From NCBI GenBank assembly GCA_963668315.1, contig OY764216.1, positions 544,001-608,000 on the forward strand: a stretch of 64,000 bases of DNA, read 5' to 3'. Position numbers and translations under genes: made by a program. The notes under the pieces were generated by a model, which worked only from the letters and a program-made list of their open reading frames with translations, was not told where the DNA came from and did not search any database. Shown one piece after another: positions 17,955-26,265 of the stretch (the stretch's first letter is position 1; each line of letters starts with the position of its first letter). This DNA comes from Spirochaetia bacterium. GTDB lineage: Bacteria > Spirochaetota > Spirochaetia > DSM-2461.

Positions 17955-19649
17955 CTAACTTTCCCGGGAAACAAGTACCGGATTGGCTATTGCCATGTGG
18001 GTATGATCCGACCAGAGGCGGCAGACAAGGGCATCTTCCTGTTCCAGAAGCGCCCCGTTAACCGAAAGGGATACCCTGTGTATGATTCCCGGTTTCAGTC
18101 CCGTCAGATCCTTTTTGGCCAGAACTCCCTTTTTACCGAAAATTTCCAGAGAGATAAAGGGCTTCTGCCCCATAATCGTGCAATCCATGATTATTTCTCC
18201 CGAAAAGGCGCCCAGCTTCACCGTTTCGCCGCAGCTTTTCCCCTCCAGACAGGGAATCAGGACCGGGCCGTTGGTCAGAAAACTTCTTCCCCCGCGCAGG
18301 GCATCGAGGATTTCCCCGCGGTCCTTCGCCCGGCCGGATTCCAGATGAACATAGGTCCGGACGCAGGCCGTCCCCAGGGTTTCCTCGGCCCACAGCTCCA
18401 GGGCATCGACGGATGTGTCGATCATGCTCAGAAAGCGGTCGATCTCCCCGTTCTTCTCCTCAAGGAGGCTCAGATGATGCCTGATCCAGAGAAGCTCGTT
18501 CATCAATCCGTGATAATCGTCCACCCGGGTATTATGGGTATCGCTCCCGGTAGTGGCGGGAATATACTTGCCCTTCCCTATCAGTTCGAGCCAGAAGCGG
18601 AAAGACTTGTAGTTCGTCGTCCCCGGCATCATGGGAACCGAACCGTTCCATATCTCCATGGTTTCGAAGATTTCGGTGTGTCCCTTCATATGTTCCGAAA
18701 GGGAGATGGCCGGCTGAATATCCATCGGGTGGTTCACCTGAGCCAGCCCCCCCGCCTCTTTGATCTCGTCGGTTATGCGGATAAACTCCTCATACTGATT
18801 TTCCTCGGTCCGCTCCGCCGGGGGCAGGACACGGTAGATAACGTCGGAGGGAACATTCAGCGCCATGACATGGCCGTTCGCCGTGGAGATCTCCTTGGAG
18901 ACAAGGGGCAGGAAATCCTCCGTTTCCGTGGCGAGCCAGTCCCGGTGATTGAGAATATTATGGTGGTCGCTCAGGGCTCCGAAGGAAAGACCCATGGCGG
19001 TCATCGATGTCCTGACCTCCTCGGGGCTCTCCCTCACATCGTCCGTGCCTCCGTGGACGGGACTGGAATAGATGCTGTGGTGATGAAGATCTCCGGCGAA
19101 CCAGCCCTCTTTCCCCAGATTGATGATCCTCTCCAGAGTCAGCATTCCCAGGTTGATGCCGGACCCCTTCCCCGGCGCCGCAACCCGGCGGATCATTTTA
19201 TACTCCGTTCCCCGGGAGACCTCCATCATATAGGCCGTGACCTCTTCGGCCTCCACCTTCCCTTCCCCATAGCCGGTCAGTACATACCGGGGCAACAGCA
19301 CGGTAAGGTGTCCTACCCGGTCGGTATGCTTGACAATCATATCGATGCGACCGTTGACCTTGGTAAAATCCTCTTCCGGCCGGCTGGCGGTCAGGGGATA
19401 AAATTTGACCAGAGAACTCATTCCCCTGCCCGTTTCATCAACCGCCGTCAGACTCACTTTCACATCCCCTTCGGGCAGCTCGGGGGTATTCTCCTCCAGG
19501 GAGGGAATGGCATCCTGGAATTCCAGGATTTTCCTGTAGAGCCGGTCCACCTCATCCATAACACGCTGCTTTTCATATTCATGGGGGGTTCCGTAGCGGA
19601 ATTCGTCGCTGATCATCATCAGGAGGGAAAGGAGTTTCTTTATTTTCAT
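17955..19649 (-). CDS. PHP-fold metallohydrolase (CehA/McbA-like)
   Basis: GDLHHHS, LSDHH, GH, NHP, EIWNG, GSDTH, GRSFLTNGP, AIANPV. Confidence 0.82.
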   Translation of the reverse strand: MKIKKLLSLLMMISDEFRYGTPHEYEKQRVMDEVDRLYRKILEFQDAIPSLEENTPELPEGDVKVSLTAVDETGRGMSSLVKFYPLTASRPEEDFTKVNGRIDMIVKHTDRVGHLTVLLPRYVLTGYGEGKVEAEEVTAYMMEVSRGTEYKMIRRVAAPGKGSGINLGMLTLERIINLGKEGWFAGDLHHHSIYSSPVHGGTDDVRESPEEVRTSMTAMGLSFGALSDHHNILNHRDWLATETEDFLPLVSKEISTANGHVMALNVPSDVIYRVLPPAERTEENQYEEFIRITDEIKEAGGLAQVNHPMDIQPAISLSEHMKGHTEIFETMEIWNGSVPMMPGTTNYKSFRFWLELIGKGKYIPATTGSDTHNTRVDDYHGLMNELLWIRHHLSLLEEKNGEIDRFLSMIDTSVDALELWAEETLGTACVRTYVHLESGRAKDRGEILDALRGGRSFLTNGPVLIPCLEGKSCGETVKLGAFSGEIIMDCTIMGQKPFISLEIFGKKGVLAKKDLTGLKPGIIHRVSLSVNGALLEQEDALVCRLWSDHTHMAIANPVLVSRES

Positions 19650-19725
19650 GGGATTAATAGTAAGGCAATATTATTCACCGGTCTTTGCCGCTATTGGGGG
19701 ATTTATGGTAGATATTGCTTTGATG

Positions 19726-20562
19726 TTATAGATTCTTTTCTTCTTTCAGCTGCTTAAGATCGTCAAGAAATTCATCGGCCATCTTCTTGGTATAAATTTT
19801 ATAGATAAAACCCTGATTCTGAAATTCGATCAGCTTCCTGAAATCGCTCTCCCGGTCCTTCCAGGTGATCCCGTCGGTGAAAAGCAGAAAGGTGGAATCG
19901 TGCCGCTTCTCCTGAATGATCCGGTTGATATCGCCTATGACGTCGGTCTGCTTGCTGCCCGTCGCCCCGTATCCCTTGACTTCGATGATAATCTCCGGAT
20001 TCTCCCGGGAGGGAATGGCAAAATCGGCCTTCTCCGTGGAACTTCCGTTCATACCGATGAAACTGCATCTGGGATCGTAGCAGTCAAAGACCTGCCCGAC
20101 TACGGCTTCCACGAAATCTTCCAGATCCCTTCCCCGGCGCTGCCCCTTGATGGCGCTTCCCCGCCCGATCTTCAGCCGCTCGATGAGAATATCTTCCCAG
20201 GTATACCGCCGTTCCACCGTCTCGGTGATTTTCTCTTCGATGAAGAGCTTTCCCAGAGTCTCCACATAGTGCTGTTTGTCCTTCAGGAAGCCCTTTTTCT
20301 GGGCCAGTCCCCGGGGAAACAGCTCGTTCAGCAGAGACCGGTACTCATCCTTGGATTTCTCCAGAAACAGCTGAAAGATGATGGAGGCGACCTCAAAGTC
20401 ATCCTCCAGAAGCTGCCCGATGACCCGGTTATTTATCTCGGAAAAACCGTTGATGGCCGATAGGGTGCTTATCACCTTAAGAGCCGTTTCATCCTTCCAG
20501 TCGCTCTCCAGATTGGATAAACTCCCCATAAGGAAGTCTTTGTCCTGAATAACTTTCTTCAT
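19726..20562 (-). CDS. Type II restriction endonuclease, DpnII-like PD-(D/E)xK
   Basis: RGRDLEDFVE, KADFAIP..IIIEVKGYGATGSK, FLLFTDGITW; directly downstream of an adenine methylase. Confidence 0.75.
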   Translation of the reverse strand: MKKVIQDKDFLMGSLSNLESDWKDETALKVISTLSAINGFSEINNRVIGQLLEDDFEVASIIFQLFLEKSKDEYRSLLNELFPRGLAQKKGFLKDKQHYVETLGKLFIEEKITETVERRYTWEDILIERLKIGRGSAIKGQRRGRDLEDFVEAVVGQVFDCYDPRCSFIGMNGSSTEKADFAIPSRENPEIIIEVKGYGATGSKQTDVIGDINRIIQEKRHDSTFLLFTDGITWKDRESDFRKLIEFQNQGFIYKIYTKKMADEFLDDLKQLKEEKNL

Positions 20563-20593
20563 TGTCCATCCTTGAAACCGGGGGTATTGATAA

Positions 20594-21655
20594 TCACTGA
20601 CCGATGATCAGATACTCCTCCACACGGGAGCGCTTCACCGATTTATGGTTACCGAAATGATATTTATGGGCCTTCTTCCTGACCCGGACATGGCCTTTAT
20701 ACTTCCCCATCAGCTCCTCAAGCGTATCCAGGTCGGGAAACCCGTTGGACGAATAGGAAAGGACGATAATGCTCTCCTGAAACTTCTCAAAGAGATGGTC
20801 AAAAGCCTCGACAGCCGTTCTCCTATAGGAAAAGGGGGTGTATTTTTTCTCGATCTTATGCACCTTCGTATCGTACTTGATGGTCTCGTTCTCCCAGTAT
20901 TTTGAAAGGCCCTCCACAAAGTGATACCTCTTCACATAGCAGTTGTCATCGGATCGGGGCACATAGGGAGGATCCAGATAAACCAGATCGACGGGGTAGC
21001 GGGCCGTGTCAAAGGAGAAAACATCCCCCCGGAAAGCCCTGTTCTCCCGTCCCGAATCAAAGACGATAGCGTTGAAAACCTGAACCTGCTCCGAAAAATG
21101 CTCCTCCATGGAAAGGCGCAGATCCCTCCGGCCGTCATTATACCTTTCCAGATCGCCGGAAATGGTAAAAACGCCCCGGGGCTGCTTTTTCAGGCAGGAG
21201 CGAATCAGGGCCGACATGGCCAGGGCCCGCTTGTAGGGCTCTTCCATTCTGCCGATATTGAAGGAGACATTATCAAGGAACCGACGGTCCTCCGCCGTAT
21301 AGAAAATCCCGTCGAAGGTCTTCTGAATGAAATCGGGGAAAGCACCGTTCTCCCTGAGGAGCTCCGCCAGATCGGCCTCATCGAGCCTCACATTCTGATT
21401 CTCCACCGAAGCCCGGGCCAGAGTAGTGGAAAAGTTCAGGAAATCGTTGGAATAGACCGACTTCCCCCTGGTCTTCAGCAGATACGAAACCGCACCGGAC
21501 CCGGAAAAACCGTCCAGAGCCGTGGAAAAATCCAGTTTATCCAGCTCCTCCCCTATCCAGTCCAGCAGCTTGTATTTGCTGCCCATGTAACGTAACAGAG
21601 GATAATCATGGGGATTTTTCGGCTCCTTATCGGGGAGAATTCCGGCGCTGCACAT
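20594..21655 (-). CDS. N6-adenine DNA methyltransferase (alpha class, D12-like)
   Basis: RYMGSK, DGFSGSG (motif I), SNDFL, YLDPPY (motif IV), LSYSS, EEYLII; start at 21658 or 21655. Confidence 0.9.
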   Translation of the reverse strand: MCSAGILPDKEPKNPHDYPLLRYMGSKYKLLDWIGEELDKLDFSTALDGFSGSGAVSYLLKTRGKSVYSNDFLNFSTTLARASVENQNVRLDEADLAELLRENGAFPDFIQKTFDGIFYTAEDRRFLDNVSFNIGRMEEPYKRALAMSALIRSCLKKQPRGVFTISGDLERYNDGRRDLRLSMEEHFSEQVQVFNAIVFDSGRENRAFRGDVFSFDTARYPVDLVYLDPPYVPRSDDNCYVKRYHFVEGLSKYWENETIKYDTKVHKIEKKYTPFSYRRTAVEAFDHLFEKFQESIIVLSYSSNGFPDLDTLEELMGKYKGHVRVRKKAHKYHFGNHKSVKRSRVEEYLIIGQ

Positions 21656-21661
21656 CATGCC

Positions 21662-21690
21662 ATCATAGCATATTCGGGCGATTCTGATAA
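21662..21690 (-). promoter_or_regulatory. Extended -10 sigma70 promoter of the methylase (leaderless)
   Basis: TTATCA-N17-TATGAT with TG extension; ATG 21655 lies 6 nt downstream. Confidence 0.5.
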
Positions 21691-21700
21691 TACGGGCGAA

Positions 21701-21825
21701 AACCGGCAGACGCCGGTTCCAGGCTGCTCCGGGCTCCGCTCCCGCTCCGGCCTCCTCGCCCGCGTGCGGCCTGCGGGGTCAGCCTGCGGCTCCCTGCGCA
21801 TCCCTTTCGCTATACCCTTGCGAAA
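21701..21825. repeat. GC-rich palindromic REP-like element
   Basis: Hairpin aaccggc/gccggtt, reiterated gctcc and gcctgcgg units, hairpin tttcgc/gcgaaa; far more GC-rich than its flanks; single copy in this window. Confidence 0.4.
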
Positions 21826-22573
21826 CGTGATGAACAACCCACACATTGGGCTCGAGATAGCGCCCTGTTCCCATATCCCGATCGACTTCGAGAGGAACCA
21901 GCCCTCCGTCTATCACATACTTACCGGACAGGGGAAAGCCTTGCCCCATCCATTTCTCCCACTCCTCGATAGCCCCCGAAATACTCATGGCCTTCGGGCA
22001 GGCATGGAGAAGCGCCCCCCCCAGTTTTTCATGCACCCGAACCCAGGGATCCATGGAAAAACCTTCATCATTCCTCCAATTCAGATACTCGTCAAAAGAA
22101 ATAAGCGGATATTTGAACTTCATACTGGGCCGCACGGGAATTATCAGTTGGGAAAATCCCCTCTGCCCTGCAAAGGAAGCCATTTCAGAAACGGCGGCAT
22201 AACTCAATCCCATCCCCTGATAATCGGGGTTTATGACGATCTGGATTCCCGCCAGAAGAGTTGGCTCGCGATGGCTTTCGAAATCTTCAACGGACTTCCG
22301 AACGACCCAATCCCAACCTTCGTCGGGCAAGGAGGATAGCTTTTTATCGTAACGCAGGGGAACGGTAGTGATGATGGAGAGAATCTCATCACCATCGATC
22401 AGCAGCAGCTGGAATTCTTCGAAGCTCTCGACCAAAGACGTCCAGAACTCTGCGGAGACATCATCATGGCGGATAAATTCCGGCCAGGCATCGGCCGTAA
22501 GCAAACGCTGCTTTTCATAAAGATCTCTGCGCTCTTTCAATGATACGACCTGATATTGATTCTTCATTTCCAT
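21779..22573 (-). CDS. GNAT family N-acetyltransferase-like protein
   Basis: INPDYQGMGLS acetyl-CoA motif, IPVRPSMKFKYP, DPWVRVHEKLGG, YLEPNVW. Confidence 0.8.
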   Translation of the reverse strand: MEMKNQYQVVSLKERRDLYEKQRLLTADAWPEFIRHDDVSAEFWTSLVESFEEFQLLLIDGDEILSIITTVPLRYDKKLSSLPDEGWDWVVRKSVEDFESHREPTLLAGIQIVINPDYQGMGLSYAAVSEMASFAGQRGFSQLIIPVRPSMKFKYPLISFDEYLNWRNDEGFSMDPWVRVHEKLGGALLHACPKAMSISGAIEEWEKWMGQGFPLSGKYVIDGGLVPLEVDRDMGTGRYLEPNVWVVHHVSQGYSERDAQGAAG

Positions 22574-22592
22574 TCCTCAAGTAAAATTGATT

Positions 22593-23192
22593 TTACAACG
22601 ATTTCCCTACGACCTGGGTAAAAACAACTTTCTCATAATCACCCAACTTCATAATCCCGTGAAGCTTATCCCTGTCAACAAGGCTTAACAGGGCGGTATT
22701 CCAATCCTCTGCGGCGGCGTAGAGATAGACATTCTGGCTGATAAACCCCGTATCCGCCGTAGAGGTAAACCATTTTTTCTCCTCGTCATTACCGAAAACA
22801 AATCTTTTGAATTTCGAGAAATCGGAGACATAAATCAATCCTAAGGGAGCGGTCTTCATCATTTTCTGCGTACCGAGATTCCCGCGAATATCCAAAGGTA
22901 AAATCTCCTCCAGCCGATGTTTTTCTTCATCATAAAGAAATAAGCCTTTTGATAGGGCGATATAAACTTTGATCTCCTGGGTATTGCAGGCGGAGGGAGC
23001 CGTCCGCCTGCTCTTGCTCCTTTTCGTCTCCTTCCGGGTAATGCCGCAGGCGGCCCATAGGAGATTTGAAATTTCCTGATCCGTAAATTCAGCCTGAACC
23101 CACTTCCGTCTTGTCCGCCTTTTAGCCAAAGCGCTCATCAAGGGAAAATCCAACTCCCTCTGAGGCGGCGGCAGCTGATAAATTGCTCTCAT
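22593..23192 (-). CDS. Nitroreductase / SagB-ThcOx family flavoprotein
   Basis: LPPP, ALAKRRT, SNLLWAACG, RTAPSA, DTGFISQNVYL. Confidence 0.88.
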   Translation of the reverse strand: MRAIYQLPPPQRELDFPLMSALAKRRTRRKWVQAEFTDQEISNLLWAACGITRKETKRSKSRRTAPSACNTQEIKVYIALSKGLFLYDEEKHRLEEILPLDIRGNLGTQKMMKTAPLGLIYVSDFSKFKRFVFGNDEEKKWFTSTADTGFISQNVYLYAAAEDWNTALLSLVDRDKLHGIMKLGDYEKVVFTQVVGKSL

Positions 23193-23381
23193 AATTATTT
23201 CCTGCTATCCCTCGGTTGAGAAAATGGTAAACGAAATATTTTTAATTGTAAAATTAATTTTTAAAATCGCCTTCTATTCAGCGCAGGCGGATAGGCACCT
23301 CATCGGGAGCAATAGGTTCGGAAACCTTGGGGTTTAGGAAAATGCCCGGTCGGAGCTATATCTATCTCCTCCCTACGCAGC

Positions 23382-24290
23382 TTAGGTGGAAGAGTTCCAG
23401 ATAACCGAAGGATCCATCTTTCCCAGGTCGGCGGTACAGGTCCGGGCCATGACGCCGGCCAGCTGCTCCGTTACGTCGCGGACAAATTCACTTACCCCGG
23501 CGGCGCCCTTCTCCTGCAGCGCAGGCATCAGGGCCCTTCCGATGGACACGGCCGAAGCTCCCAGGGCCAGAGCCTTGAAAACATCCATCCCGCTCTCCAC
23601 GCCGCAGTCGAGGAAAATCGGGATCTCCCCGCCTATCACACGCGCTATTTTCGGCAGGATCATGAGAGGGGGAACGGCGTAATCCATGATGCCGTGGTGA
23701 TGGGATAGGACAACTCCCTGCACGCCCGCTTCCAGGCACTTCTCCGCATCCCGCTCGCTGAGCACGCCTTTGACAACAAAGGGCAGAGACGTCGACCGGA
23801 CAAAAGTTTTCAGCTCGCCCAGAGATTTGCCGGTCATTTTCTGACCGAGCACCACATCGTAAGTTCCCTTGCCCGAAAAGGAGTGGTCCAGGTCCATTCC
23901 CACGGCCAGGCACCCGCACTTTTCGGCATGCTCAATCCTCTGGATGACATAAGCGTTATTCTCATAGGGCTTGACGATTTTTATCGTCTCGGCTCCGGTG
24001 GAAGTAATCTCCTCCAGTTCCTTCTCATCCCCCATGCCGCACCAGTTGACCGCATGGGCCTCCGCAGCGCCTCGGGCCATCTCGACCATGCCGCTCTTTC
24101 CCTCATACTTCAGATGGGAAAGGGCGGACATCATGACGGGGGTGTCAAACGTCTTTCCGTAAAGAGTCAGCTTCGTAGAGGGCAGGACCGAATCGATATG
24201 GCGCATTTCCACCAGCAAAGAATCAAAATACTCCCTGGTAATCCGGTTGGAATCGCCCGGTCTTTTCTGTTTGATCTCGTTTTCGGCCAT
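23382..24290 (-). CDS. FMN-dependent alpha-hydroxy acid dehydrogenase family protein
   Basis: TPVMMSALS, PFVVKGVLS, VLSHHHG, DCGVESGMDVFKALALGA, IGRA. Confidence 0.88.
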   Translation of the reverse strand: MAENEIKQKRPGDSNRITREYFDSLLVEMRHIDSVLPSTKLTLYGKTFDTPVMMSALSHLKYEGKSGMVEMARGAAEAHAVNWCGMGDEKELEEITSTGAETIKIVKPYENNAYVIQRIEHAEKCGCLAVGMDLDHSFSGKGTYDVVLGQKMTGKSLGELKTFVRSTSLPFVVKGVLSERDAEKCLEAGVQGVVLSHHHGIMDYAVPPLMILPKIARVIGGEIPIFLDCGVESGMDVFKALALGASAVSIGRALMPALQEKGAAGVSEFVRDVTEQLAGVMARTCTADLGKMDPSVIWNSST

Positions 24291-24373
24291 TACATAACTC
24301 CCCTATAGTGTGATTTGCTTTGGATGCTTTTTATCCTATACCCTATAGGGGACAAAGAAAAGGGGATTCTTCC

Positions 24374-26131
24374 CTATTCCACGCCAACCCATAAATTGGA
24401 ATTGCCGAAATAGTCGTCCAGGCCCTTACTGAACCAGCGCCCGCTCAGGGTGGTTTTGATCAGTTCCGCCTTAACCTCTTCGGACACGGATTTGTCCTTC
24501 TCCATATCTTCCAGAATTTTCCCGTAGCTGTCCCTCTCCCGGGACATGGTGATGACAGCCTTTTCCCTGGTGGCATCCAGCTTTAACTGGGAGGGGCCGC
24601 TGTCCGCGGAGTTCCAGGATTCCCAGGTAACGAGATCCTCCCCGTTGGGATCCCCCTCCCAGAGGAAATGGCCTATGTAGGCGGTAAACTTATCGGCCAG
24701 TTCCCGGGCGCCCGGGCTCTCGAATGAGGCGGGGAACAGGGAGGAAAAGCCGGAAGGTTCATGGGCCAGGAAGGGGATCCAGATGCCGTGGAAGGAGCCG
24801 AAAAGCCCGGCCATGCCCTCGCCGACCACTTCCGGATCGTTTCCGAAATCGAAATCCACCGTATAGATGGGAGCATCGTAGGAGTCGAACATTTTCTCCG
24901 CCGATTCCTGGGCATTGAAAAGCTCGTAGAGCCGTCCTCCGTACTCTTTGACAAAACGATAGTTCTTCGCTTCCTCCGTATCTCCCAGAAGGACTTCATC
25001 GGGATACATGACAAAGGGGCTGTCCCACCGGGAGAACAGGGTAAACTCCTGTGAACCGGTTACCATGATAAGGGGGACGTCGTTGTATTTCTTCGTGGCG
25101 AATCCCTCTTCGGGAAGAACGTATCCGTCGTTGTAAAGATGGGGGAACACGGCCATGCGGATCCCGGCGTTGGCCATCAGAGGAGCCAGACGATCGGCGG
25201 GCAGGCCATAGAGGTAATCCTTAACGTCTTCTTCAGGAGACATAACCCATACAGCCGCTTCCTCCTCGGTCGCCTTAATCCCGTCTTCCACCACCAGGGG
25301 AGCGATCGCGCCGGCAATAAGACCGGTGCTGAGGGCCGAATCGGCCAGGGTCATTCCGCCACTGAAGGAGAGGGCCTTGTGGAATTTCCCCTTGACGACG
25401 GGTGAAATAAGCAGAGCCATGACATCACGTCCGCCGGCGGAGAAACCGGAAATGGTCACGTTGCCGGGATCCCCCCCGAAAAAGCCGATATTCGCCTGCA
25501 CCCAATCCAGGGCTTTGGCAATATCCAGAACAGTATAGTTTCCCGAATCTTCCCCCCTGTCCCCGGTTCTCAGGGCGGGGAGGTTATTGAAGCCCAATAG
25601 GCCCAGCCTGTAATTAGCCGAGACAACGACGGAATCGGTAAGGATCGACAGATAGCGGGCATTCAATTCTCCGCTGGCTCCGGTCTGATTATTACCTCCG
25701 TGGATATAGAAAAGAACGGGCAGACTCTGCTCATCACTGTTCGGGCGGTAAATATCCAGATTCAGGCAGTCTTCCGATCCGATGATTTCTCCCCCCCGGG
25801 CGGCTTGAATACCCATATTCCCGCTCCGGGTGGCATCGAGAATTCCCTCCCAGGATTCCGGATCAACCGGCGCTTTCCACCGCAGTTCCCCTTCGGGAGC
25901 TTTCCCGTAGGGGATGCCTTTGAATATCAACGCATTGGATTCCCCATCCACCGCCCCCTGGACTTTTCCGAATTCCGTATCCTGAACGGTGCCGTTCACA
26001 TAAACGGGAAGCTGCGCCAAGCCCGTTCCGCCGCTTGTACAGGCAGAGAAAAGAGCGCCGGCGATTACAAGAAATAGTAATGCGGCTCTTTTTTCACCTA
26101 CTCTTGCTGCTTTTACGTATACCACGATCAT
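24374..26131 (-). CDS. Type B carboxylesterase, probable lipoprotein
   Basis: FKGIPYG, SEDCLNLDIY, IHGG, NYRLG, FGGDPGNVTISGFSAGG (GxSxG); lipobox LFSAC. Confidence 0.9.
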   Translation of the reverse strand: MIVVYVKAARVGEKRAALLFLVIAGALFSACTSGGTGLAQLPVYVNGTVQDTEFGKVQGAVDGESNALIFKGIPYGKAPEGELRWKAPVDPESWEGILDATRSGNMGIQAARGGEIIGSEDCLNLDIYRPNSDEQSLPVLFYIHGGNNQTGASGELNARYLSILTDSVVVSANYRLGLLGFNNLPALRTGDRGEDSGNYTVLDIAKALDWVQANIGFFGGDPGNVTISGFSAGGRDVMALLISPVVKGKFHKALSFSGGMTLADSALSTGLIAGAIAPLVVEDGIKATEEEAAVWVMSPEEDVKDYLYGLPADRLAPLMANAGIRMAVFPHLYNDGYVLPEEGFATKKYNDVPLIMVTGSQEFTLFSRWDSPFVMYPDEVLLGDTEEAKNYRFVKEYGGRLYELFNAQESAEKMFDSYDAPIYTVDFDFGNDPEVVGEGMAGLFGSFHGIWIPFLAHEPSGFSSLFPASFESPGARELADKFTAYIGHFLWEGDPNGEDLVTWESWNSADSGPSQLKLDATREKAVITMSRERDSYGKILEDMEKDKSVSEEVKAELIKTTLSGRWFSKGLDDYFGNSNLWVGVE

Positions 26132-26265
26132 TCCTCCTGATAAGAATCTCTGTTATATCCAGTTTATGTATTTTTCCGCTGAAAAGCAAAGTTCCATAGA
26201 AATAATCCGCTGTCATCTATTCGGAGAGTGGTGCCTATCGCCGGGGATTGAGCCGCATCGGTTTC

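Noticed and set aside
17931..19757. 608-aa plus-strand ORF
   Set aside because: Antisense shadow of the PHP hydrolase; no recognisable motifs
21660..23381. Possible integron cassette array (co-directional GNAT, nitroreductase, RM genes)
   Set aside because: No RYYYAAC...GTTRRRY attC structure, no integrase, and only 19 bp between nitroreductase and GNAT
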